Shown piece by piece: positions 1 to 9,276 of a DNA stretch of 64,000 bases. The DNA is from Longimicrobiales bacterium (GTDB lineage Bacteria; Gemmatimonadota; Gemmatimonadetes; Longimicrobiales; Gaopeijiaceae), in assembly GCA_965197725.1 (NCBI GenBank), contig CBDANQ010000057.1, positions 64,547 to 128,546 on the forward strand, given 5' to 3'. The stretch's first letter is position 1, and each line of letters opens with the position of its first letter. Below the pieces are notes generated by a model. That model made no database searches, was not told the DNA's origin, and saw nothing but the letters and a program-made list of their open reading frames with translations. A program made the position numbers and the translations under genes.

Positions 1-106
1 CCACCATCTGCTGGCGGAACTCCAACGAATACGGCGGTCTCGTTCTTGGCATCGTGGACTCCTCTCTCTAAAGAGAATAGGTGTCCACCGTCAGGGGCTA
101 ACTCCA
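1..106 (-). mobile_element. Left end of an IS3-family element (OrfA N-terminus; runs off the window)
   Basis: Minus strand reads TGGAGTTAGCCCCTGACGGTGGACAC (TG-initiated IS3-type IR), GAGGAG RBS, then ATG at 52 giving MPRTRPPYSLEFRQQMV, a typical IS3 OrfA HTH start. Confidence 0.8.
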
Positions 107-184
107 AGCTCCGGCTAGCCACCAGGCTTCTCGTTGCAGCCCGTCGGAGCGTACGCGTTCCCATAGTGAGCTAGCAGGTCCGCT

Positions 185-229
185 TCCTCTGCAACGCCGC
201 TGTCGATGCTGAAGCGGCGTTGCAGAGGA
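185..229. terminator. Perfect 17-bp-stem hairpin downstream of the DUF2326 gene
   Basis: TCCTCTGCAACGCCGCT (185-201) / AGCGGCGTTGCAGAGGA (213-229), 11-nt loop, no U-tract. Confidence 0.55.
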
Positions 230-244
230 CGGGCGATCAAGCCG

Positions 245-1080
245 TCAAGACGTAGCAGATGCGTCGAACACAATCCCAAGCAGCGTCCCTTCAGGATCCC
301 CGTCAGTCAGTCTGCAACGAACATGTCCGTCAAAATCGAATCCGTCGTGGAAGTCATCGTACGGGACCATGTCGGAGTTCAGGGCACAGATGTACTGCGT
401 CCCAGTCTTGTCGGCCACTGCGCGCGCGCGCTCCAAAGCCGCTGCTCGTTGCCGGGAGTCGACGCCATCGTACATCTCGCTGTCGTGAACCAAGAAGTCG
501 ATAGAGCGCTCGCGGGTGGCGCAGAACTCGAGGAGCGCGAGGTCGAAGCAGAATATCTTCATCTTGGCAATCCCGTCGCTTCCGCTCTTACTGATCTCAA
601 TATTGAACTTTAGTCCAGAATCCGTCGTGTCGATGGCCAAGTGTCCGGGAGCTCTGTAGAGCGCTTGTGAGTTGAGATTGAACAGCCGCACGGGGATGTC
701 CCAGGTGTCGCGACGCTCCTCGTGGTCGTGCGCGGCTAGGCCAGCCAAGTCGGCCTTATCCCGGGCGAGCTGACGTTTGTCCGACTCGATTTGGCGCCGG
801 CGCTCGATCTGCGCCTTCACACGCGCTAGGTCCTGGCACCGGGCGGCGTGCCGTTCCTGCAACCTGACCATCTCCTCTAGTGCCCCGTGTTCACTGAGTA
901 TCTGCAGGAGGTCGGCTCGGGTCTCCGTCAATTCCCTGATCTTGTGGTCCGTCTCGGCGATGCCGCTCTCCAGTCTGGAGATCTCCTTTTGCAGGAAGCG
1001 TCGGCGGTCCTTCAAGACGAGGCCATAGAATTCCCTAGCCTCCGCAAGCGACCGCCGCACGTTCTCCGAAAACACCACGG
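245..1080 (-). pseudogene. C-terminal part of a DUF2326 / ABC-three-component (Lamassu LmuB-like) SMC-type ATPase, 5' half missing
   Basis: Coiled coil followed by SDGIAKMKIFCFDL, FLVHDSEMYDGVDSRQ and QYICALNSD motifs; no Walker A; upstream part of the 427-aa ORF is IS110-derived or non-homologous. Confidence 0.75.
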
Positions 1081-1339
1081 CGGCCGAGTTCCTGCCAGCG
1101 CGGACGGCACTCGGCATGCCCGTCGCGCGCCTTCTACACGAGTAGCTCCGATCTGGAGGTCGAACCCGCATTGGGGTTATGGCACTGGCGTCGCGCAGCT
1201 CCTGCCGTGGCTGCCCAACCACCGGTCGGCGCGTGAACGGACGAGACACTACGATCGCCGGCGGAAAACCGCGCTGATCGGAAACGAATCCTGACCGACT
1301 ATTACCCAGCCCGGTCCGATCATTGTGGGGAACTTCTTG

Positions 1340-1600
1340 TCTTCGGCGCCGCGCTTCAGGCATCGGCTTGCCACCGGTCGTATGTTGTCGCGGCGCCAAG
1401 CCGACAAGTCGCGTCCGCGCCGGAAGCTCTCCATCGGTGGCGCGAAGGCCTGGAACGACAATGCGGTGATCGGTCCGAATCCCGGGATCGTCATCAGCCG
1501 CGCCGTCTCTTCGTCGTGCCATGCGCACGCCCGGATGAGGCCGTCCGACGCGCTGATGCAGCTCGATGCGCCGTCGTGCGAGGGACTCAAGACGGCTGCC
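1340..1600 (-). pseudogene. IS110-family transposase remnant (C-terminal domain, frameshifted)
   Basis: LMTIPGFGPITALSFQAFAPPMESFRRGRDLSAW in one frame continues as GLAPRQHTTGGK in another. Confidence 0.8.
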
Positions 1601-1626
1601 AACACAGGACCCTGGTACTACCCGAT

Positions 1627-1669
1627 TCCCGCCATAAGTCCCGCCATTTGGTGCGGTTTTCCCGCTATT
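1627..1669 (+). repeat. Three direct repeats TCCCGC(C/T)AT, putative integrase arm-type sites
   Basis: tcccgccata 1627-1636, tcccgccatt 1639-1648, tcccgctatt 1660-1669, about 105-145 bp from the tRNA fragment. Confidence 0.5.
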
Positions 1670-1773
1670 TCAGTACGGTAGAATCAGATATCGTCAAACG
1701 GCAAGAGCGGCAGATCGTGCAGTCCCAGTTGAACTTATACGATTTTCTTGCCGTGAATCACAGCATCTGTCCT

Positions 1774-1819
1774 ACGTCTGATAAGCGTGAGGTCGGTAGT
1801 TCAAATCTACCCAGGTCCA
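1774..1819 (+). pseudogene. 3' half of tRNA-Ile(GAT), probable att site of an integrated element
   Basis: ACGT-CTGATAA-GCGTG anticodon arm, GGTAG-TTCAAAT-CTACC T arm, CAGGTCC-A acceptor 3' strand; no D arm or 5' acceptor strand upstream. Confidence 0.85.
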
Positions 1820-1846
1820 CTCCTTTGAAGCGACTGCCCCGCTTGG

Positions 1847-3009
1847 TGTTAGCGGCCTTCCAATATTGCACACATGTGGCCATCGAAAATTGCACACTTG
1901 GCGCTTTGACCTAGCGGGCGGGAGAGTGGGGATGTAGGCACCACCCCGAGCGATCTTCCGGCCGATCCACTCACTTGGCGCCTCCACCGAGAACGTGGAG
2001 GTGCAATGATCGGAAGGGAGAAGCGCGTGCTGCTCCGTCATTACCTCGAGCAGGGGATGAACAAGGCGGTGATCGCCCGGGATCTGGGGGTCAGTCGCCG
2101 TACCGTGTACCACTGGATAGAGACCGGTCAACTGGACCGGGAGTTGGACGAAGAGCGTGTCGGGTACGGTCCGAGATGTCTGATGCCGTCGAAGCTGGAT
2201 CCGTACAAGCCGTTGATCGACACGCGTCTCAAGGAGTACCCGAAGCTCACGGCTGTACGGCTCTTCAAGGAGGTCCGGGCCGCTGGCTACCCGGGCAGTT
2301 ACAACCAAGTGAAGCGCTATGTACGCAAGGTCCGGCCTCGACCCCCCAGAGGAGCCGGTCGTGCGCTTCGAGACGGCGCCTGGGCGTCAGGGCCAGGTGG
2401 ACTTCGCCCACTTCCGGCTACCGTGGGGCAAGCGTTACGCACTAATCGTCGTGCTGGGCTACTCGAGGCTGCTGTGGGTTCAGTTCTACACCCGGCAGAC
2501 CATGAAGGCCCTGATGCATGGCCTGGAGTCTTCGTTTTCCTACTTCGGCGGCGTGCCCTCAGAGCTTCTGTTCGACCAAATGAAGGCGGTCGTCATCGAG
2601 GACGGTCGATACGACGATGGTGCCCTCGTCGAGAACCCGGAGTTCATGCGCTACGCCTACCACTGGAACTTCAGGATCCGAGCGTGCCGACCCTATCGGG
2701 CTCAGACCAAGGGCAAGGTGGAGCGGCCGATCCGCTACCTCAGGGAGAGCTTCTTCTACGGGCGCACCTTCACGTCGGACGACGATCTCAACGCGCAGGC
2801 CCTTCATTGGCTTGAGACGGAAGCCAATGTGCGCAGCCACGGAACGCTGAAGGAGCGGCCCCTCGATCGCTTCGAGCGTGAACGACTGCTCCTCGAGCCC
2901 TTGGCGACTCGCCCGTATCACCCCCTCGTCCTGCCTCCGGATCGCTCCTCACCCGGCACGACGTCCCTTGCCGGCCATCCACGTCGAGCGACGTCCCCTC
3001 ACGGCCTAG
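1847..3009 (+). mobile_element. Truncated IS21-family element (left end plus most of istA; istB and right end absent)
   Basis: Starts TGTTAGCGGCC; two internal repeats GGCCwTCsAAwATTGCACAC at 1854-1873 and 1878-1897; followed by istA. Confidence 0.85.
2006..3009 (+). pseudogene. istA: IS21 transposase IstA, frameshifted (C-run 2342-2347, second slip near 2965) and cut by IS1182
   Basis: HTH IARDLGVSRRTVY, SKLDPYK, RFETAPGRQGQVDF, FDQMK, CRPYRAQTKGKVER. Confidence 0.9.
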
Positions 3010-4427
3010 CAGTCCGTGGAAGAAATAGGTTCCCAGCGGATGATGGGTGGGAGAGAAGGCAGACACGCGGGGGCTGTGTTGTTGTGCAAGAAGCGGGTTT
3101 TGGGGTCTGACGAGGCGATATTCGGCCCAAGGAAGGCGAAATAGCGCCGAATACGGCGGAAAAAGCGCGAGACGCGGGTTGTAACCTGAGTTGCGAGCGC
3201 AGCTTGTACGGTAGCGAGGCCCTGTAACGCACGGGGGGTTCCAACCCCGAACCGCTTGCGCATGAGAAGGCCGAGGTTGAAGGCCGCCGCGTGGATCAAC
3301 ATCCGTTTTCGAATCTCCTCCTGGCCCCGTATGTGGACGCGACGCAGCCCTCCGGTCACAAGCAAGTGCGCAAACCCCCGCTCCACCTTCTCGCCGCGCT
3401 GGCGCAGCAGCCGCATCCCCCGGTTGCCGCGGATCCGGCGGCGGTTGTCGTAGGTCGGCTTCTGCGCGTCCCGGTTGTTCTTCCATTTCCGGCGCCCGCG
3501 GTTGGGCTCGCTCACATAGCTGCGCAGCTCCCGCTCCTTCACGCCCGTCATGGTCTTGTTCGAGTGGTAGCCTTTGTCGGCCACCACTTCCTCGGGCTCT
3601 ACCTGCACTACTTCCAGCTGCCGCTCTGCCTCGTCCAGCGTGTTGGGCAGCGACGCCACATCTCCCCCGTCCATCGTCTGCACCGTCACCGCCACAAGCG
3701 CACCGGTCTCCATGTCGACCGCCTGCTCCAACTTGTGCGCCAGGCGCGTCCTGCCGTCCTTCATCTTCGTGATCCGCGCCTCCGGGTCGTGCGGATGCAC
3801 CCAGTCCTTGTTCGAGCCCTTCTTCGGACGCTTCCGGTCCAGCGTCGTCAGATCCTTGCGCGTCGGCGTCTCGATCCCCGACGCCCGGGCCACCTGCTCC
3901 AGCCATTCATCGTAGCCCAACCCGTCGTCGCGCCGCACGATCGTGCGCATCGCCGCATTCGCCTCCAGCGTCGTCGAGTCGACGCCCAGCGTCTTGCCGC
4001 TCAGCAACCCCGACCCCTTCAGCAGCTCCAGCACCCGCCCGAACACCGCCGCGTGCGCTTCCACGCTCAGGCGCTTGCGCGTCTTCGACAGGGTCGAATG
4101 CTCCGGCGGGTTCTTCGCCCACCCGTATCCCAGAAACTCACGCAACGACAACGAGTCCCCACACCGCCAGGCAATGCCCCGCTCCGAGCCGATCCCTTCG
4201 AGGTAGCCCACCATCATCATTCGGAAATACACCCCGGGAGCAATCCCCGGCCGACCCCGATTGTCCGCGTAGAACTCACGGCATGCCTCTTCCGCGAACT
4301 CGTCAAACCCGCTTTTCGCCAGAAGCTCGTTCAAGGCCCAGTAGAACGGGTTGTCCAAGGCCCGAATCTCGCTCGCCACCACGAACATCTCGCCCTGCCG
4401 AGCCTCGGGCCGCTTGCCTACCGCCAT
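3006..4427 (-). CDS. IS1182-family DDE transposase
   Basis: GRPGIAPGVYFRMMMVGYLEGIGSERGI (DUF772-like), VDSTTLEANA, HDPEAR, ADKGY, VERGFAH; GAGGA RBS before ATG 4427. Confidence 0.88.
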   Translation of the reverse strand: MAVGKRPEARQGEMFVVASEIRALDNPFYWALNELLAKSGFDEFAEEACREFYADNRGRPGIAPGVYFRMMMVGYLEGIGSERGIAWRCGDSLSLREFLGYGWAKNPPEHSTLSKTRKRLSVEAHAAVFGRVLELLKGSGLLSGKTLGVDSTTLEANAAMRTIVRRDDGLGYDEWLEQVARASGIETPTRKDLTTLDRKRPKKGSNKDWVHPHDPEARITKMKDGRTRLAHKLEQAVDMETGALVAVTVQTMDGGDVASLPNTLDEAERQLEVVQVEPEEVVADKGYHSNKTMTGVKERELRSYVSEPNRGRRKWKNNRDAQKPTYDNRRRIRGNRGMRLLRQRGEKVERGFAHLLVTGGLRRVHIRGQEEIRKRMLIHAAAFNLGLLMRKRFGVGTPRALQGLATVQAALATQVTTRVSRFFRRIRRYFAFLGPNIASSDPKTRFLHNNTAPACLPSLPPIIRWEPISSTDC

Positions 4428-4504
4428 CGCCGTCCTCGCTGCAAAAACCCTCGTGTCCTCCTGATTTAACACAACAGCGATGACCGGACTTTATCCACGG
4501 TCTG
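3010..4504 (-). mobile_element. IS1182-family element, copy 1 (1495 bp)
   Basis: Imperfect terminal IRs CAGTCCGTGGA...TCCACGGTCTG; flanks CTAG and CCAG. Confidence 0.85.
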
Positions 4505-5167
4505 CCAGAGGAGCCGGTCGTGCGCTTCGAGACGGCGCCTGGGCGTCAGGGCCAGGTGGACTTCGCCCACTTCCGGCTACCGTGGGGCAAGCGTTACGCA
4601 CTAATCGTCGTGCTGGGCTACTCGAGGCTGCTGTGGGTTCAGTTCTACACCCGGCAGACCATGAAGGCCCTGATGCATGGCCTGGAGTCTTCGTTTTCCT
4701 ACTTCGGCGGCGTGCCCTCAGAGCTTCTGTTCGACCAAATGAAGGCGGTCGTCATCGAGGACGGTCGATACGACGATGGTGCCCTCGTCGAGAACCCGGA
4801 GTTCATGCGCTACGCCTACCACTGGAACTTCAGGATCCGAGCGTGCCGACCCTATCGGGCTCAGACCAAGGGCAAGGTGGAGCGGCCGATCCGCTACCTC
4901 AGGGAGAGCTTCTTCTACGGGCGCACCTTCACGTCGGACGACGATCTCAACGCGCAGGCCCTTCATTGGCTTGAGACGGAAGCCAAGGTGCGCAGCCACG
5001 GAACGCTGAAGGAGCGGCCCCTCGATCGCTTCGAGCGTGAACGACTGCTCCTCGAGCCCTTGGCGACTCGCCCGTATCACCCCCTCGTCCTGCCTCCGGA
5101 TCGCTCCTCACCCGGCACGACGTCCTTGCCGGCCATCCACGTCGAGCGACGTCCCCTCACGGCCTAT
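4505..5167 (+). repeat. Duplicate of istA segment 2346-3009
   Basis: Near-identical sequence starting at CCAGAGGAGCCGG; one 1-nt indel and a few substitutions. Confidence 0.95.
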
Positions 5168-6585
5168 CAGTCCGTGGAAGAAATAGGTTCCCAGCGGATG
5201 ATGGGTGGGAGAGAAGGCAGACACGCGGGGGCTGTGTTGTTGTGCAAGAAGCGGGTTTTGGGGTCTGACGAGGCGATATTCGGCCCAAGGAAGGCGAAAT
5301 AGCGCCGAATACGGCGGAAAAAGCGCGAGACGCGGGTTGTAACCTGAGTTGCGAGCGCAGCTTGTACGGTAGCGAGGCCCTGTAACGCACGGGGGGTTCC
5401 AACCCCGAACCGCTTGCGGATGAGAAGGCCGAGGTTGAAGGCCGCCGCGTGGATCAACATCCGTTTTCGAATCTCCTCCTGGCCCCGTATGTGGACGCGA
5501 CGCAGCCCTCCGGTCACAAGCAAGTGCGCAAACCCCCGCTCCACCTTCTCGCCGCGCTGGCGCAGCAGCCGCATCCCCCGGTTGCCGCGGATCCGGCGGC
5601 GGTTGTCGTAGGTCGGCGTCTGCGCGTCCCGGTTGTTCTTCCATTTCCGGCGCCCGCGGTTGGGCTCGCTCACATAGCTGCGCAGCTCCCGCTCCTTCAC
5701 GCCCGTCATGGTCTTGTTCGAGTGGTAGCCTTTGTCGGCCACCACTTCCTCGGGCTCTACCTGCACTACTTCCAGCTGCCGCTCTGCCTCGTCCAGCGTG
5801 TTGGGCAGCGACGCCACATCTCCCCCGTCCATCGTCTGCACCGTCACCGCCACAAGCGCACCGGTCTCCATGTCGACCGCCTGCTCCAACTTGTGCGCCA
5901 GGCGCGTCCTGCCGTCCTTCATCTTCGTGATCCGCGCCTCCGGGTCGTGCGGATGCACCCAGTCCTTGTTCGAGCCCTTCTTCGGACGCTTCCGGTCCAG
6001 CGTCGTCAGATCCTTGCGCGTCGGCGTCTCGATCCCCGACGCCCGGGCCACCTGCTCCAGCCATTCATCGTAGCCCAACCCGTCGTCGCGCCGCACGATC
6101 GTGCGCATCGCCGCATTCGCCTCCAGCGTCGTCGAGTCGACGCCCAGCGTCTTGCCGCTCAGCAACCCCGACCCCTTCAGCAGCTCCAGCACCCGCCCGA
6201 ACACCGCCGCGTGCGCTTCCACGCTCAGGCGCTTGCGCGTCTTCGACAGGGTCGAATGCTCCGGCGGGTTCTTCGCCCACCCGTATCCCAGAAACTCACG
6301 CAACGACAACGAGTCCCCACACCGCCAGGCAATGCCCCGCTCCGAGCCGATCCCTTCCAGGTAGCCCACCATCATCATTCGGAAATACACCCCGGGAGCA
6401 ATCCCCGGCCGACCCCGATTGTCCGCGTAGAACTCACGGCATGCCTCTTCCGCGAACTCGTCAAACCCGCTTTTCGCCAGAAGCTCGTTCAAGGCCCGGT
6501 AGAACGGGTTGTCCAAGGCCCGAATCTCGCTCGCCACCACGAACATCTCGCCCTGCCGAGCCTCGGGCCGCTTGCCTACCGCCAT
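5167..6585 (-). CDS. IS1182-family DDE transposase (copy 2)
   Basis: Matches copy 1 apart from W/R, K/T and M/I substitutions and the last codon. Confidence 0.88.
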   Translation of the reverse strand: MAVGKRPEARQGEMFVVASEIRALDNPFYRALNELLAKSGFDEFAEEACREFYADNRGRPGIAPGVYFRMMMVGYLEGIGSERGIAWRCGDSLSLREFLGYGWAKNPPEHSTLSKTRKRLSVEAHAAVFGRVLELLKGSGLLSGKTLGVDSTTLEANAAMRTIVRRDDGLGYDEWLEQVARASGIETPTRKDLTTLDRKRPKKGSNKDWVHPHDPEARITKMKDGRTRLAHKLEQAVDMETGALVAVTVQTMDGGDVASLPNTLDEAERQLEVVQVEPEEVVADKGYHSNKTMTGVKERELRSYVSEPNRGRRKWKNNRDAQTPTYDNRRRIRGNRGMRLLRQRGEKVERGFAHLLVTGGLRRVHIRGQEEIRKRMLIHAAAFNLGLLIRKRFGVGTPRALQGLATVQAALATQVTTRVSRFFRRIRRYFAFLGPNIASSDPKTRFLHNNTAPACLPSLPPIIRWEPISSTD

Positions 6586-6662
6586 CGCCGTCCTCGCTGC
6601 AAAAACCCTCGTGTCCTCCTGATTTAACACAACAGCGATGACCGGACTTTATCCACGGTCTG
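5168..6662 (-). mobile_element. IS1182-family element, copy 2 (1495 bp)
   Basis: Same IRs as copy 1; flanks CTAT and CTAG. Confidence 0.85.
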
Positions 6663-7215
6663 CTAGGCCCCTATCAGCTCCACGTCTTCCAGGAAGTCCT
6701 TCAGCGGATTTGCGACAGCCACGGCCCGCTCGCGGATCGCCTCGGGAAGCACGTCATCCGCGGGCTCCTCGCCCTTGAGGTGTCGAGAAACTGCCTTACC
6801 CAAGAGGCCGTCGGATTCTGCGGCGGCCTGGTGATACTCCGCGTACCGGGCGCTCACGCGCTGCTCGAATAGAGGCAGTTGCGACTCGGGCGTGCCATGC
6901 TCGATCATGTCCTCGAACACCGCCCTGTGGAGCGCGTCGAGCCCTTCGCGTATTCTCTGGTCCGGCGCGCGGCCGAGAAATGCCAACTGCGCCCCTCTCG
7001 TATGCGCCCACATGAAAAAGATCAAAGCCTCTTCGGCTGTGCGATGCGTGGAGCCTCTGGCGTCTGCTATTGTGTCGATGTCGGGCAGGGGTGTTTCAAC
7101 GTCTTCCCGAGCGACGAAGTCGGAGAAGCTCTCCCAAACCAGGCGCGCCAGGCTGTCGCCCAACTCGCCGGGAGTCATCGTCTGAGGGGCTCTGAATTCG
7201 TGTACGTCGTCCATA
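6663..7215 (-). CDS. Hypothetical protein
   Basis: ORF 6663-7295 with coding-like composition; start near MDDVHEF uncertain; stop TAG is the IS1182 flank. Confidence 0.65.
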
Positions 7216-7324
7216 ATCGTGCCCAGCACGGCTCGTTCCTCTTTACCTTGTTCGGAAGTCACCCCCAATTCCGAGTCGGGACCGGAGAGTGTCAAGGTTT
7301 AAGATCATGAGACCGAGGAGATAG

Positions 7325-8032
7325 ATGACCCTTCATTCATTGGGAGTCAGCGTGGACCATAGACGATCGGGCGCCCGGAGGGCGGCCATTGGGATTCTGA
7401 CCGTTCTCGCCGGCTGCGCCGGAGTTGCGCCGGAGATCGCCCCACCACGACCGATCGTCATTCACTCGGGTGCGAGGCTTCGCGTCGAGCACGAGCGGAT
7501 GAAGGAGGTCAACGAGTGGGTCACCCGCGAGCAAGAGAACATTGTCGAGGACCCCACGTTTCTCGTCGAGACCCGACCTTCCACCAACGATGTCTACATC
7601 TGGGACCAGCTCGAGATCGAGGGTGACACGGTGCGCACGCCCGTGAACGCCAGTGTCGCGGACTCCCGGCTCGTGCACGAGATCTACGCGCACCTTCACT
7701 TGATGGTGGACATGGGGCGCCAGGACGAGTGGCTTCCCGAGGCGGCTGATGCGGTGGAGTACGCGCTCGAGCGCGCGATCCTCGCGCGGGTCGCCGATGC
7801 GTGGCTTCTCGGGCGCACTGTGTTCGACGTGGCTCCGTACGGACCCCTCGACGAGTTGATATACGCGAACGAGGCGGGCTTCCTGGACGCGTTCGTCTTC
7901 ACCGCCCGGCCCTCGGAGTTCGCCGTGGCGCGTGCTGAATGGGCGAGGGCGAACCCCGGTGAGACCGACCGTTACCGCGACTGGTTCCTCGAGACGTTCA
8001 ACAGGGATCCCCCGGGGCTACGCTCGCGCTGA
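7325..8032 (+). CDS. Hypothetical lipoprotein
   Basis: GAGGAG RBS; lipobox-like VLAGC; contains HEIYAHLH. Confidence 0.7.
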   Translation: MTLHSLGVSVDHRRSGARRAAIGILTVLAGCAGVAPEIAPPRPIVIHSGARLRVEHERMKEVNEWVTREQENIVEDPTFLVETRPSTNDVYIWDQLEIEGDTVRTPVNASVADSRLVHEIYAHLHLMVDMGRQDEWLPEAADAVEYALERAILARVADAWLLGRTVFDVAPYGPLDELIYANEAGFLDAFVFTARPSEFAVARAEWARANPGETDRYRDWFLETFNRDPPGLRSR

Positions 8033-8040
8033 AGTGACCG

Positions 8041-8069
8041 GAGCGGCGAAGCGTTCCGGCTCGCCGCTC
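8041..8069. terminator. Hairpin between convergent genes
   Basis: GAGCGGCGA / TCGCCGCTC stem. Confidence 0.45.
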
Positions 8070-8382
8070 AGGAGGGGGTGACTTCCCAGCGGAGGCCGAT
8101 AGGGCCGCCGTCGATCTCCTCGATGTGCACATCGATGCGGCCGGTGCGCGCGAGCCGGTCGTCGCTCGGTTTCCCGCCGAAGAGAGCAAACCCCATCACT
8201 CTCAGCAGGCAGCTCTCTCCATCGGGGCCCGTCGCGCGCAGCTCGGCGTTTCGAAGGGACTTGATGGACGGCGCTTCACCCGACTGGAGTCGGAGCCGTA
8301 GAATACGTCCGGAATGCGGGGCATCCAACGCGTCGAGGACGCGAAAGACCAGGCCCTGGCCGGTGGAACCATCTGCAGACAT
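8068..8382 (-). CDS. Hypothetical protein
   Basis: 104-aa ORF filling the intergenic space with typical codon usage. Confidence 0.6.
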   Translation of the reverse strand: MSADGSTGQGLVFRVLDALDAPHSGRILRLRLQSGEAPSIKSLRNAELRATGPDGESCLLRVMGFALFGGKPSDDRLARTGRIDVHIEEIDGGPIGLRWEVTPS

Positions 8383-8464
8383 GGAGGAAGATTATCCGCA
8401 TGACGTTCACGACGGAAGACGGTGAACTCGAGCCGATCATGCGTGAGGATCCGCCGGAAGAGGG

Positions 8465-9274
8465 ATGAGTCGACTCAGGGACCTCCCCCCCCGCGTAACG
8501 GGAGTGCTGTGCCTTGGGGTGATCATGTTCTGGGCAGTGCAGCTCTCGCTCTACGTGCTCGCCGGCTTGCCGCTGGTAGACACGATCCTGCTTGCGACTT
8601 TGCTCGCCGCGATGCCGGCGCTCGCGGTTGCACAGGTTGCGCTCAGGGAGGAGAGGGTGATTGAGCGGCTACCGGTCTACTGGAGTTCGATCGCCACGTT
8701 GTGGATCCTCGGCACGATCAGCTGGCTGGTTGGCACGCGCACCGACGGGCTCGCCGCGATCGGCGTCACCTCTCTCGCTCCGGCGCCATTCATCGCCTGG
8801 ACACTCGGTCTCACCGTCGCGGGGTTGGGCATCATCGTAGCCTTCCGACAGATTGCCATGGCGCTTCGCTTGCGCGAGAGTCCGCTGCTTCGAGCTCTAC
8901 TGCCGCGGACGGCCGACGAGCGCAGCGTCTTTGCGATCCTTTCGGTAGCCGCGGGCGTAGGGGAGGAAGTCGCCTATCGAGGATATGCGATTCCAGTATT
9001 GATTCCGGTCGTGGGCCCCGTTGGCGCGCTCGTGCTCACCTCTGCCGTGTTCGGAGTGCTGCACGTCTATCAAGGGACACTCGGAATCCTCCGAACGACC
9101 GCGATGGGTGCAACTCTCGCCGGCGGCTTTCTGCTCTCGGGCTCGCTCCTTCCGGCGATGATCGCGCACACGCTCATAGATCTTCTGGCGGGCATTGCCA
9201 TAGCGGATAAACTGCTGTTACCCCTGGCCGGCAACGGGGTAGGGAGTGGGGACGTACCTCTCCGGAAAAGCTGA
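8465..9274 (+). CDS. CPBP (CAAX/Abi) family intramembrane metalloprotease
   Basis: GVGEEVAYRG, FGVLHVYQG, AHTLID motifs; multiple TM segments. Confidence 0.9.
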   Translation: MSRLRDLPPRVTGVLCLGVIMFWAVQLSLYVLAGLPLVDTILLATLLAAMPALAVAQVALREERVIERLPVYWSSIATLWILGTISWLVGTRTDGLAAIGVTSLAPAPFIAWTLGLTVAGLGIIVAFRQIAMALRLRESPLLRALLPRTADERSVFAILSVAAGVGEEVAYRGYAIPVLIPVVGPVGALVLTSAVFGVLHVYQGTLGILRTTAMGATLAGGFLLSGSLLPAMIAHTLIDLLAGIAIADKLLLPLAGNGVGSGDVPLRKS

Positions 9275-9276
9275 GC

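Noticed and set aside
1100..1340. IS110/IS1111 non-coding end (bridge/seek RNA)
   Set aside because: Position downstream of the transposase remnant fits, but I cannot identify ends or structure by eye and the element is decayed
245..1528. 427-aa ORF as one real protein
   Set aside because: Chance read-through from IS110 debris into the DUF2326 fragment
1774..1819. Functional tRNA-Ile gene
   Set aside because: No 5' acceptor strand or D arm upstream; only the 3' half is present
2342..2347. Programmed frameshift in istA
   Set aside because: Lies inside istA at a C-run rather than at an istA-istB junction; sequencing error or mutation is more likely
8465..9274. Abortive-infection gene (Abi domain name)
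   Set aside because: CPBP proteases are generic membrane proteases and the context is housekeeping
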